Part shown: positions 35,084-47,872 of the stretch, one piece after another
Layout of the letters: each line of letters begins with the position of its first letter
How positions within the stretch are numbered: position 1 is the stretch's first letter
Assembly: GCF_006345805.1 (NCBI RefSeq)
Contig: NC_043007.1
Coordinates: 44,454,001 to 44,518,000 of the forward strand
Length of the DNA: 64,000 nucleotides
Source: Octopus sinensis
Taxonomy: Eukaryota
Direction of reading: 5' to 3'
Made by a program: the position numbers and the translations under genes
The notes under the pieces: generated by a model
The model's input: the letters and a program-made list of their open reading frames with translations, nothing else
Database searches by the model: none
Told to the model about the DNA's origin: nothing

Positions 35084-35259
35084 CTGTAAAAGATGTCTTC
35101 ATTATTGCTGCCAAGAGGACAGCTTTTGGTACTTTTGGAGGTAAGCTGAAAATGAAGACTCCAACTGACCTGGCTGAAGCCGCTGCCAAAGCAGCTTTAG
35201 CATCGGCTAATGTGACACCTGAAATGATTAATTCTGTCATAATCGGAAATGTTATCCAG
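35084..35259 (+). CDS. ACAA2: ACAA2 exon 2
   Basis: ttttcag/gtaaat; VKDVFIIAAKRTAFGTFGGKLK...SVIIGNVIQ, thiolase N-terminus. Confidence 0.93.
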
Positions 35260-35675
35260 GTAAATTGTCTTTTTATTTTAACTCTATACCTTTTTTGAGA
35301 GTATGTGAGAAAGAAATTTATTTCTAAAGGCTTATTCTGGCTGACAAACTGACCAACACACTAAAACCTTTTGCTATCTGACTAATTATTAAAGACTCAC
35401 ATGCCAGCATACCTCTCTGGTGTGGTGATGGGAGCCTTCGATAATGTAGATGTCTGTGAATTCATAGGATTGTAGATACTAGACACTTAGTGAAGAGGTT
35501 CCTGTCAGTTCTTTTTGGGTAGACATTAAAGAAGCCAAATTGCATCAGTTTGTTTGAGCGATAGCACTTGCAATGGTGGCAACAGAGGCAGTCACACGTT
35601 AATTGCAGGCATTGTCAGAGTATGGTCCAGGAATTATTTACATTTGATGGATATTTGTCCTCATCTTGTTTGTTA

Positions 35676-35716
35676 ACACGTCTTGACTGATATACCCTCC
35701 AGCCTTCATCAGGTGT
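35676..35716 (-). ncRNA. Degenerate hammerhead-like motif (same family as 50329 and 62128)
   Basis: acac-CTGATGA-a-ggctg...cagtc-aaga-c-gtgt; GAAA segment mutated. Confidence 0.45.
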
Positions 35717-35764
35717 CTTGGGGAAATTTCGAACCTAGGTTCTCATTCCTAAGGCATTTTTCTA

Positions 35765-35796
<32 letters not shown>

Positions 35797-37184
35797 CCTG
35801 GTGAGCCCCATCTACCCTTGATTACATTGTGTGGTTGTTGACTTCCTGGGTTCCTCTACTCTTTGGTAGCTCCTGGTTTTCATCCTGTAGGGTGTCCAAA
35901 ATCACCTGCCTCACTGAGCAAGCTTGGTTGGGGTTGCTGGTTTGTCAGCAAGTGAGAAATGGAGTAAAATATGTTAGGTGATGCCATTGAAGACAAAGAC
36001 AAGATAAAGTATAACTTTATGTTGGTTGTTTAATGCTTTTATTATATTTTGAGAAAACTTCCCTTTATCGGATATAAGTTAGAAAATAAATCCAGGAGTT
36101 TGGAGAAAAATTATTATTACTGACCAGGCCATTCTAGTTTGTTGTGATGGATTACTGTATTGATAGTTATGACTGGTGGAGATGGATAGTATCAGTAATA
36201 GCAGGTGACATGGTGTCATAAGCAGCAGTTGTAGATGTCCTAGTAAGTAGTTATTGTGGGTGTGCAAAGGACTAGTAGGAAAGGTTGCTGGACAAAAGCT
36301 GAACTATAAGTTAGATAGTGTCAGTAGCAGCAAACCTTATGGTGTCTTATAAGCTGCAGAGGAAATTCATTTGGTGACTGATTTTGGCATGTTTCTCCAA
36401 AAGATTGAACAATTTTCTAGTAGTATTTGTAAATTTAACTTGGTCAAGACATTGGAATAAAAGAGTACTCTTATTTGCATTAAGCAACCTATGCAGAGTA
36501 ATACAATAACTTGCCTTTGTCTTTATTGACATCACCTTACATATTTTGCCTAACTTCTCCCTTGCATTGCTTAAAGGTCTTCATAAAATATATTCAAATT
36601 GTTTACATGTTGCAGTGCTTCAAGCAAATTATAATACTCTTGGGGCAATAGTCTATGGCTCAGTTGGTAAAGTTGTTAGAAAATCAAGATAAATTGCTGT
36701 GTGGTAATTGTTCCAGATCTCTGTGCTCTGAGTTCAAATCCTGCTGAGTTCAGTTTTGTCTTTCATCTTTTCATCCTTTTGAGGTCAATAAATAAAATAC
36801 CAGTTCTATACTGGGGTAAATTCTTCACTTTCACACGCTCTTTCTTTATGTCTATTTGTCTTGCTCTCTTCTAGAAGAAATCAGTTTAGTCATACCTGAA
36901 GAGAAAGATGGTCTCCACCAGATCTAGAAACACCAAAAAAGCACACCATATAGTATGACAGTTTAAAGGGTCCAAGGCAAGACATATATAATATGTTGCT
37001 GAGTGAGTGTTCACTAATCTACCAACAGTAATAAAACCATGACAAAGTACAAACATACATATTGAGGCTGCCCAAAACTGAAACATCCTGCTGTTTTTGC
37101 AAATCCCTCTTGTGACTAATCTAAGAAATAAGAATTAAAAACAAATACATTGTTCTCTAAATTTCTGGTCTAATTTCCTTTCAG

Positions 37185-37313
37185 AGTGCCGCTGACTCCA
37201 TTTACATTGCCCGTCATGTTGGGTTGCGTATTGGTGTCCCTATTCCTGTTCCTTCATACACAGTGAACAGGTTGTGTGGTTCAGGTTTCCAAGCTATTGT
37301 GAATGCCAGTCAG
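37185..37313 (+). CDS. ACAA2: ACAA2 exon 3 (catalytic Cys, NRLCGSG)
   Basis: tttcag/gtaaga; SAADSIYIARHVGLRIG...TVNRLCGSGFQAIVNASQ. Confidence 0.95.
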
Positions 37314-37499
37314 GTAAGAAAGGCTTTACAATTTTATTATAGAGAGTGATTGGATGTATATGTTTGTGAGGTTGTGGTGAAATATCTAGTGTAAGAAGGG
37401 TTTTACAGTTTTATTTTGAGAAATGGTTTATTACAGAGAGGAACTGATATGTTTAATGTGTGGAGAAATATCTAATATTTTTGGCTACACTCTGTGAAT

Positions 37500-37885
37500 G
37501 TGGAGTAGAAGATGGTGATGATGCTGTTGATGGTGATCATATTGGTGATGATGATAATTGTAGAGATGATGATAATGGTGGTGATAATAAAAATGATGAT
37601 GATGGTGATGATAAGAATAAAGGCAATAATAACAAAGAGGATAATGATAAAAATAATGATGGGAATGAGAATGATGATGATGGTGGTGGTGATGATGATG
37701 AGAAAAGGAATGACAAAAAGAATGAAGATGGTCCAAGTGATGGCTTAGTAATGATGATGATGGTGTTGATGAAAATAGTGATGATGAAAATAAAGAAGAC
37801 AATCTGAATGATGGTCATGGTAATGATAACAATAATGATGATGATGATGATGATGATGAAGAGAATAATGATGCTGATGTTGATA
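37500..37885. repeat. (GAT/AAT)n low-complexity tract in ACAA2 intron 3
   Basis: Directly visible; produces spurious D/N-, H- and M-rich ORFs. Confidence 0.9.
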
Positions 37886-37908
37886 CATAACTGTTATTTT
37901 CTTTGTAG

Positions 37909-38025
37909 GAAATTATGTTGGGAGACAGTGACATTGTCCTATGTGGTGGTGCAGACAACATGAGTATGACACCTTACTCTGTACGGAATGCCAGGTTTGG
38001 AACAACATTAGGTATTGACCTAAAG
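37909..38025 (+). CDS. ACAA2: ACAA2 exon 4
   Basis: ttgtag/gtaaat; [39 protein letters not shown]. Confidence 0.94.
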
Positions 38026-38614
38026 GTAAATCTGATTCTTCTCTTCTGCTTTAAGACACTCATTTTCCAAATCCTGAAATGCTAAATTGTACTAAAGACT
38101 ATAGACAGGTCTTCAGCCCTGCTATCAAACCCTTCCCTGTTCCATTACATACTCTCCCAGCTTCCCCTGTTACTTAGCATCCTTTCATCCCTCCTCCTAG
38201 AATCATTGTCCATGCATTCTTTTGCTTTTCCTCAGTTATAGAGACCACTTTAGGGCCTTAGCCATTCAAGTTATGAGGTTATCATCACTACTGCTAGTAC
38301 CACAATAAAAGCATCCTGTACAATCTGTAAAGTGGTTGGTGTTAGTAAGGACATCCTGCTGAAGAAGCCATGCTAAAGTAGACATCAGCACATGCTGCTG
38401 TCCTCTAACTCATCAGACTTTGCCAGACTGTTCAACCTATGCCAGAGGCCTATGCATGGAAGCCTGGTGTTAAATAATGACGATGATGACTATGCAATAA
38501 ACAGATCTAAACACATTGTATATACAATATCTTCATGAACGACAAAACAGGGATCAACCAGGCTGGTTTCAATCCTATGCTGAAATTCCATTAGTGACTG
38601 AGTACCTTCTTCAG

Positions 38615-38649
<35 letters not shown>

Positions 38650-38671
38650 ATGTATGTTTTTTACTTAATAG

Positions 38672-38819
38672 ATGGAAGACACTTTGATGGCTGGTTTGAC
38701 TGACCTTCATGTCAAGCTACCAATGGCAATTACTGCAGAGAACTTAGCAGTGAAATATGGTCTCAGCCGTGAAGAGGTTGATGAATTTGCTCTAAGATCA
38801 CAGACTAGATGGAGAGCTG
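38672..38819 (+). CDS. ACAA2: ACAA2 exon 5
   Basis: aatag/gtaatt; [11 protein letters not shown]...[33 protein letters not shown]. Confidence 0.94.
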
Positions 38820-38984
38820 GTAATTACTTTGTTAATGTGTTATTGTATCAATTTAATTAACTGGCATTTTTTATTCTGTTTTTTATTTCACTAACATTGA
38901 TGTTATATGATAATGTCAACAGATTAAGTTTTATTGAATTGACACTTAGAGGCCGATTAGTCAACTGGCTGGGGTTGAGGTGCT

Positions 38985-39870
38985 ATATGTATATGGTAGT
39001 TTATCTAGTCAAACTGTAGTGATTGTGGTGTATCTAGTGAACATTACTGAATGTTGTCTAGCTTGTGGACATGTACAGTTTGTGGTCCCGCTAATGAACA
39101 TGTTCCCTAGATAGACTGCATTTGGTACATGTGCAGACTATGGTCTTTCTAGTGAATATGTGCAGATGGTGATCTGTCTGGTAAACATGTGGCCTGTCTG
39201 GTGAACATGTGTGGACAGTGGCCTGTCTGGTGAACATGTGTGGACAGTGGCCTGTCTGGTAAACATGTGGGGACAGAGGTCTATCTACTGAATATGTGTG
39301 GATGGTGATCTGTCTAGTGAACATGTGTGAACAGTGGTCTGTTTAGTGACTATATGTGTAGATGAGTCTCTGTGGAGGCGCAATGGCCCAGTGGTTAGGG
39401 CAGCGGACTTGCGGTCATAGGATCGCAGTTTCGATTCCCAGACTGGGCGTTGTGAGTGTTTATTGAGCGAAAACACCTAAAGCTCCACGCGGCTCCGGCA
39501 GGGGATGGTGGTGATCCCTGCTGTACTCTTTCACCACAACTTTCTCTCACTCTTACTTCCTGTTTCTGTTGTACCTGTATTTCAAAGGGCTGGCCTTGTC
39601 ACTCTCTGTGTCACGCTGAATATCCCCGAGAACTACGTTAAGGGTACATGTGTCTGTGGAGTGCTCAGCCACTTACACATTAACTTCATGAGCAGGCTGT
39701 TCCGTTGATTTGGATCAACCGGAACCCTCGTCGTCGTAACCGACGGAGTGCTTCCATCCAGATGAGTCTCTGTAGTGAACATGTTTGGATGATGGTCTAT
39801 CTAGTGAACATGGTCAGACTGGAGTTTATCTAGTGAATGTGCACAGATTGTACTCTATCTAGTGAACAGC
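38985..39870. repeat. About 29-bp degenerate minisatellite (ggacagtggcctgtctggtgaacatgtgt) interrupted by a SINE
   Basis: Periodic gtctrgtgaacatg units on both sides of the SINE. Confidence 0.8.
39374..39759 (+). mobile_element. Full-length tRNA-derived SINE with 14-bp TSD
   Basis: A box tggcccagtggt, B box gtttcgattcc; TSD AGATGAGTCTCTGT at 39360-39373 and 39760-39773. Confidence 0.88.
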
Positions 39871-40084
39871 TCAATAAGTTTCATTGTTTTTTGGCACAAT
39901 ATTTTATTATTCATTGTCACAGTCCACCAGAGCTGTCAATAGTATTAAATACAGACCATTTACTAATGTCACATATGATAGACTGACATCCTTTGCAGGG
40001 GAATAAAGAATAATTAACTCTGATTTACTTCATAACTATGAAACTGAAGTTACTCAATGACATTTAAAAGGTTCTAACGTTTTG

Positions 40085-40117
<33 letters not shown>

Positions 40118-40293
40118 CTGCATGTATATATATTCATATATATACAATAAAAGCAATTAAGATTCAAGTCAATTCTAATGAATTTACTTGAATGCGGTAC
40201 TTAACTTAGATGCACCAGAAAACTATATGGTGTTAACCATACAGTAATGTGGGGTGATTATAAACGAGAAAGAAGCAACAAGAATGGATTAGT

Positions 40294-40384
40294 TTTTAGT
40301 ACAATTGTTTCATACAAAGACAGGCTTTATTAAAAGTTGCAAATATTGCAGCAGATAAAAGTGTCCCGTACTCATCAGCTAAAA
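40294..40384 (-). ncRNA. Type I hammerhead ribozyme motif, core intact
   Basis: ttttag-CTGATGA-gtacgg...(long helix II)...ttgtat-GAAA-caattg-TA-ctaaaa: 6-bp helix I, palindromic helix III, GUA cleavage triplet. Confidence 0.75.
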
Positions 40385-40971
40385 CACATATGAGTTCTTT
40401 AAACATCTTAGTGGGTGAGGCTACACTCATGAAGTATTGGAGATAATTTCATTAAAAGCAGATTTAGGTTGTAAACAGACTTCCGAAGTTCTTTAATGAT
40501 GATGCACAGTCTTATCACAGGTTTTTTAAAAAAAAAAAGCTTATTAGCTTCACAGATAAGGTGAATTAATCCGTAGTGTAGATGTAAAATTTGCAACTTT
40601 TAATAAAGCCTGTCTTTGTATGAAACAATTGTACTAAAAACTAATCCATTCTTGTTGCTTCTTTCTCGTTTATATGTATATATATATATACTCTTTATCT
40701 TATTAAACTTTTAATGCATTTTGATAGTTTATAAAAAAATAAATAAATGAATAAATACAAAAATATAAATATAAAAAATATTTAAAAATTAATAATTAAA
40801 TAAATTTATAATTTATAAGTTTAAATTATTAATTTTAATATTTTAATTGGATTTTTATATTTTATATTTTTTATATATTTTTTATATATTTTTTAATTAA
40901 TTTTATTTCTATGTATTGGCTTATGCTTTTCACTGTTTGATTTGCCTAAAAGTGGTTTTATCTCTAATTTA

Positions 40972-41044
<73 letters not shown>

Positions 41045-41058
41045 ATATATATATATAT

Positions 41059-41986
41059 AATGAATGTTTTTATATATAATGAACGTGAAATACAGGAAGG
41101 GACGAACACGGAACACAGACAAATCATTCGAAGCCTTCAATCTTCAGTCAGACACCGAATCATCATAGCAAATTTCGGCTGTTCAATTCTGATATTTGCT
41201 CCAACTCGGCCAGCCCCAAGAAAAAAAACTAAGCTGTAAGCATTAGATTTCTTGGTAGAAGACAGGAATGTGAACGCACAAGACGGATGTGAATACAAGA
41301 GACGAAAACGAAATTGAAAACAGTAATGAATAAACAAAATATATATAACGGTGGTTGTCATACGACTTTAGACCAAATGAGACAGAAACAACAACAACAA
41401 CATAGCTGGCGTAGAAATAATTACCGTTTCGGTAGCGGGGACACATGTTGGTCGAGATACGAAGGCCAACAGAATGGTTTAAGAAGCAGCAGGTCGCAGG
41501 AGAGAGAGAAAGAGAGACAGAGAGAGAGGGAATCAAAGAGGGTGGAAGGCAGGGGACAGAATCAGTGACCAAGAGAAAAGGAGAAAGAAGGGATTAAGGA
41601 GGATGGGAGGAAGAGGGGAGGAGGATGGGAGGAAGAGAGGGGAAGAATCGGAGGGCGCCAAAAAGTTTGGTGAAGAAGCAATGGCGGGTAGTAAAAGACA
41701 GTGTGTATAGAAGTCGTGCAGGGTTTAAAATTGGACAAACAAACGGGGGGGTGCACATAACGCCGCAATAATATAAGAATGAATGTTTTTATATATAATG
41801 AACGTGAAATACAGGAAGGGACGAACACGGAACACAGACAAATCATTCGAAGCCTTCAATCTTCAGTCAGACACCGAATCATCATAGCAAATTTCGGCTG
41901 TTCAATTCTGATATTTGCTCCAACTCGGCCAGCCCCAAGAAAAAAAACTAAGCTGTAAGCATTAGATTTCTTGGTAGAAGACAGGA
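41059..41986 (-). mobile_element. Non-coding element with 209-bp direct repeats (719-bp period), Penelope/retrozyme-like
   Basis: 41059-41267 and 41778-41986 appear identical; abuts (TA)n; no TG...CA ends, PBS or meaningful ORF. Confidence 0.7.
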
Positions 41987-43476
41987 CATGGATGTAAAAC
42001 AAGAATAAGAATGGAGAAAATCACATCTTTTATTGGTCATTACATTATACATTACTGACGATCATTTCTGTTGTGCCAGCATATTTTGATACAGAAAATT
42101 ACATAAAATACCAGTCAAACTGATATATTCAAAAATATATGCTAACACAGCATTATGAAGGCAATCCAGAATTCACTAAATTCTAAGTGAATGAAGAAAA
42201 TATCTCTAATACAAGTATCTCTCACACAAAAAAGAATGAAGAAGAAATATAATATTCTATGAAAAACCAGTTTAGTATTTAAATTTTAATGATGTCAGTA
42301 GATAACGAAAAATAAAAAATAACCATAAGGGTTCTACATCACAACAATTAGAAACTTAGAAATTCTATATCATAATAATTAGTTATCTATGTCTTAAATA
42401 TGCTGACAAAAGATTTTTAGCAAAATTATGTATATTAGATTATAGGAGAAGCAATTATAACGAAACTCATTTAACACTGAATGCTTTAGAGACATCTAAC
42501 TCGATTTATTAATCCCATTTACTTATTATTAAGGTGGCAAGCTGGCAGAATTGTTAGCATGCTGAGCAAAATGCTTAGTGGTATTTCATGTCTTTGTGTT
42601 CTGAGTTCAAATTCCCCCGAGGTTGACTTTGTCTTTCATCCCTTTGGGGTTGATAAAATAAGTACCAGTTGAGTACTGGGGTCAATGCAGTTGACTGAAC
42701 CCCTCCCTGAAATTGCTGGCTTTGTGCTAAAATCATTATCATCATTATTAAGCTAGTGAGCTGGCAGAATCATTAGCAAACCGGGCAAAATGCTTTGCAG
42801 TATTTTGTTTATCTTAACGTAGTTCTCAGTGAGATTCAGTGTGACACAATGTGACAAGGCTGTCCCTTTGAATTACATGTACAACTCATTTTTGCCAGCT
42901 GAATGGACTGGAGCAATGTGAAATAAAGTGCCTTGCTCAAGGACAAAACATACCACCAGGAATTGAACTCATGACCTGACGATTGTGAGCTGATTACCCT
43001 AACAACTAAACTACATGCCTTCACACACACACACACATACTTACATATATATAAAAATAGGTTGAGTGTGCTTGTGTGTACATATATGTATATATATAAT
43101 AAATGTCTGTAAATATATGTATTGCCTGGCTCTCCATCAGTTAGCATGACAAGTGTTCCACTTGACCTGATCAATGGAACAGCCTATTCATGAAATTGAT
43201 GTGTAAGTGAGTGAGCACTACACAGACACTCGTACCCATAATGTAATTCTCAGAGAGATTGAGTGTGACACAGAGTGTGACAAGGTCGACTCTTTGAATT
43301 ACAGTTACAACTCACTTTTGCTAGCTGAGTGGACTAGAGCAGCGAGAAACAAAGTGTTTTGCTCAAGGACAGAACGTGCTGCCAGGAATCAAACTCCTGA
43401 CCTTATTATTGTGAGCCAAATATCTTGGCACTAAGCCATGCTCTCTCCCTGTGTGTGTGTGTGTGTGTGTGTGTAT

Positions 43477-44150
43477 GTTAGTTAGTTAATTTTTTGGCTC
43501 AAAAAGCAAAAAGCAAGGCCATGTAGGGGGACATGGAGTTGTGTACAGGGTGGTGTTCATGTAAAGAGTTCAGGCCACTTGTGGTCTAGGGAGACTTTGA
43601 ACCGAGCGGTCGTCGGCATCTTCACTATCTTGTCCGGCAGCTTATTCCACGGATCCACAACCCAGATGGAGAAAGCCCCTCTCCTTCGAGTGAGATGAAA
43701 TTGTCGCAGATAGAGCTTTTCGGAGTGACCCCTCAGCCGACGCTCTGGAGCAGGAGTGAAGAACAGCTCTTTCGAGAGGTTACACTTTCCGCTTATGTTG
43801 TTGTGGGCAAGAATGAGATCACCATGGCGTCGTCGTTTTTCTAGAGAATAAAGGTCGAGCGTCTTTAGCCTTTCTTCATAAGACAAATGCTTGAGACCAA
43901 GAACTATGTGGGTAGCCAGCTTCTGGACTCTTTTGAGATGTTGTATGTCTTTGAGGAGATAAGGAGAAGAGGCTTGAATCCCGTACTCCAATATGGGTCT
44001 CACCAACGTGACATAGAGCGGTAGGAATATAGCTGCTGTAAGCATTCCGAATGACCGTCGAATCAAAAACAGAACTCCATGTGCTTTATTGGCAGCATGG
44101 ACGCACTGGGCCGAAGGCGAAAAGGAAGAATCCACCAAGATACCCGACAG
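43477..44150 (-). mobile_element. CR1-clade LINE 3' fragment
   Basis: ORF 43557..44249: LYVTLVRPILEY, YEERLKTLDLYSLEKRRRHGDLI, RGHSEKL, WNKLP; short 3' UTR and (TAAC)n tail. Confidence 0.9.
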
Positions 44151-44880
44151 TGTATGAGGATTCTGCAATTTCTTGCCAAATAACCTCACAGATGATTTGT
44201 TTATAGTGATCAAATGTTTGTGTTCACATAAGTTCACTCCCTCCATCAAATCGACATTACCTGTACAGGTGCACCATGTGCCACATGAGAGATGATGAAA
44301 TGATCACAGAACAGCATGAAATGAAGTGCTTTGCTCAAGAACACAATACAACACCTAGTCTGAATACATGGATATGTATATAGGTACATGTGTGGCTAGG
44401 TGGTTGACAATTTCTTTCCCACCTATATGGTTTTGAGTTCCATCTCACTGCTTGGGCAAGTTTCTCCTACTATAGCCTTGGGTTGACCAGAGCCTTGTGA
44501 GTGAATTTGGAATCTGGTGGATGGAGCCTGAAAGAAGACCATCATATATGTATATATAGATGTATGTGTGGGTGAATGTACGTATGTTTGTATCTCATTG
44601 ATATCATGTGAGAACTGTAAAAGAGTTTCACTGTTGTACAAGCGGTGTCATTCATTTTCAATATTCTGCAAAAACATGTTTGGTCATAGGGAAATATCAC
44701 TTTGCATGGAAACAAGGTTGGCAACAGGAAGAGCATCTGGAAATGTACCTCAATGAACTCTGTCTGCCTCATGCAGGCATGTAAAAGTGGTAATCATGAT
44801 GATTATGATGATGATAATGATGATTGTGTGTCTGAAACAACCAAATTAATTTTTCTTCAACAAATTGTTTTGTTTTCCAG

Positions 44881-44940
44881 CTCAAGATGGTGGACATTTC
44901 AAGGCAGAAATTGCTCCTTTAACTGTAAAAGGCAAAAAAG
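44881..44940 (+). CDS. ACAA2: ACAA2 exon 6
   Basis: ttttccag/gtgatt; (A)QDGGHFKAEIAPLTVKGKK; phase 1/1. Confidence 0.9.
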
Positions 44941-46719
44941 GTGATTAATTTTTACAATTTGCTTTCACGTTTTTTCTTTTGTTTAATTTTTCTAACAGGT
45001 TAAACTCTTAATTATTAATTGTATATTCTCCTCACTTTGTAATTATTTCTATTTAGCTTTTTGATGCTCCCTACATTAAATATGTTGGCGCAAGCTATTG
45101 TTTTTCATCATGATGGCTTTTTGTAATTATTTAGTCACTAAACGGTTATATTTTCTTATGACGACAATAATAAATGTATAATATTGTACAGTTGTAACAG
45201 ACAGTATTGTACATTTATTTAATGTTTTTTTTTTCATTGGTACTTCAGAAATATGGTGAAGTGTATGTTTCACTGATGAGGCAATTAAATGGTTGAAACA
45301 TGTCCTGTATTGTCTTCCTTTGCTTGACCAGAGAAATGAAAATATTCACCATTGACTGAAATCTTGTTTACTCTTTTTCTTTCCTCATAATTATTTGTTT
45401 AATGAACCTTGAATTCATTACATTAATTGTTATTAACTAGAACTTTAGAGCAGTCTATGCTAAAGCAGTAAAGTTCAGGGAAAGAAATGACAACTCATGC
45501 CAGTAGTAGTAATCAGTTAATAAAACTAGATAAGTTAATGTGTCACGTGAAGTGTTCTAATATTTCACCTTTTGTTATCCATGTCACATAAACTAATCTT
45601 GTTTTGCAAATTTTACTTATCATTCTAGGCAGACAAGTGATATGTTTTGAAATAGATCATTGTGAAGGGAAATCTGTCATTGTGTAGTGATGGTGGTGGT
45701 GGGGGTGCTGGTGTAGTAACAAATTTTATAACTAAATAGGGAGAATATGCATAAGTGTTTTGCTGTAGAGGAGATACATGGCTACCTTGCATGTATTGAT
45801 AGTATCTGAAAAGTGAGATAAAGTTGGTAGTAATGAGGTGTTAGTGTTTTTAATACAAACAACATGTGTTGTACAAAAGACAACATTGATATTTATATAT
45901 TTTGTGGTTAAGTAGTTCCCTTTGTAGTCGTGTAATTCTGAGTTGTCTCCTTTTTCAGTATTATAGGTAAGTACCGTATATGGTATATTGTTGGTTCTGG
46001 TCAATGCAAACCTTGTGAGTGAAATTTGGTAAATGGAAGCCTGTCAGATGAATTGTAATTGTTCTTTGGGTGTTAATCTATTGCTGACTTTAACACCACC
46101 ACTTGGACCTCGTGTGCATTTAGTGGAACCACTATGTTGCAAGCATTTGGGTCCTGTTTGTTATTTGAGGGTTCATCTCTTCCTTTTGTCAGTTCTTAGA
46201 AACCCTATGAAAAAGTACAAATACCACCCTTCTTCCTTTGACTGAGCCAAATGTAAAAAAAAGCAACTAGTTTATGAACAAATCTTAAATGGCTGAAATG
46301 AAGCTCAGTGGCTGTGGTGGTTAGGTGTTGGAATATTTATTCACCTTAGAATGCAGTAAGTGGCATGTTTAAACCTTAATATTACCTTATGCAATCATTA
46401 TGCCAGCTCTCTCTACTCCATGTGGATGAGCATATAACTCTGCACATCCACATGACCATCACTATCCAGCAGTGATAATATAGTCATTGTTGTGGTTGTT
46501 TAGCCTCTACTTGATGCTGACTGAGCAGATTTATAGGATCAAAGCCAACCTAACCATGACCATCTCTCAAATGCTTTCATGCCAAGTTTATCTTGTACTT
46601 CATTATAAACATTAGGCAATAAGTATTTTTAGACAATAGGCTAACAACTATTTTATTATTACCTTTGATGCAGTAAGATGCTTCAGAGCTGATGTTTTGT
46701 TTTAATTCTCTTATTACAG

Positions 46720-46832
46720 GTGCTGAAACTTTTGAAGTTGATGAACATCCAAGACCTACTACCAAGGAATCTTTGGCCAAACTACCACCTGTTTTTAAGA
46801 AAAATGGTGTTGTTACTGCAGGAAATGCTTCA
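46720..46832 (+). CDS. ACAA2: ACAA2 exon 7
   Basis: ttacag/gtaatt; (G)[37 protein letters not shown]. Confidence 0.95.
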
Positions 46833-47834
46833 GTAATTATTAATTACTCTTTACTTATAAATTGTAGGGACATTTTTGCCAAAGTATTAGTACGACATTT
46901 TGTAACCCTGGTTTCAGTTAGGTTTTTCTTGTTTAAATTGCTTTATTTTAAAATATTTATTAGGGTCTGCAGGAATGGATTCTGCAGCCCAAGGCCTTCA
47001 CAAATCCTCCAAAATCAGTGAAATCCAAGCTGTTACCATAGTTTTTACGCAATTTCACATTGATAGTTGCTGGACAACCATGTGTAGGGAGGAAATTTAA
47101 GAAGAATCACATTCTGGAGAAGAAGAACTGGGTGTCATAGTTAGTGAAGAACATGGTGGTGGTGGTGGAGAAAATATAGGTGGTGGGAAGAGGAAAAAAA
47201 TGCTAGTCAGCAGTGCTGGAATGGAAGTAAGACAAGATTAGCCAGTTATGAAGAGTAAGGGCCACTGTAGTCATCGTCATCATTTAATATCTGTATTCAA
47301 AGTTGGCATGGGTTGGATGATTCAACAAGATTCAGCTAGTGTAAGGGCTGCATTGGTTTCCGATATCAGCTTTAGCATGGTTTCTATTGCTGGATGCCCT
47401 TCCTAATGCCAATCACTTTATAAAGTGTACTGGGTTCCTTTATCAAGGTACCAGCATTAGTGAAGTCATCAAGTAACTCACAAGACAAAACCCATTGAAA
47501 GAGAAGAAGCATAATATCGAGGAAGGTGGCTTTGTAGCAGATGTTGAGAAGCTTAATTGTGAAAAAGAAGTAATAAAATAGACAGAGAGAGGAGACAGCA
47601 TGTTTGTGAATCTGATGTTGGAATATGTTGATTAGGCACTTTGCACCAGTCAGTCATGTGGCCTTTTTTCAAATTTGATATTTGGTTTAGGCTCACTGTA
47701 TATGAAATAGCAGCACTATCCATGATTTGGAAATACTTTTCCATTGTTAATCTCCCAGAAACTTCGTAGTGGGTTAGTAACTACTGGTGCTGAAGAGAAG
47801 GGCTGGATGCCTTCTCAATATCCACCAAATGTAA

Positions 47835-47872
<38 letters not shown>

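Noticed and set aside
37460-37818. D/N-, His-, Met- and Ser-rich ORFs
   Set aside because: Translations of a (GAT)n low-complexity tract in an intron; the flanking ACAA2 exons join in frame without it.
39374-39450. tRNA gene (also 63666-63740)
   Set aside because: tRNA-like heads continue into SINE bodies, one with a TSD; acceptor stems do not pair well.
41405-41480. HDV-like ribozyme in the internal region of the 719-bp element
   Set aside because: Two hairpins are present but P1/P2/P3 nesting and the L3 consensus could not be fitted.
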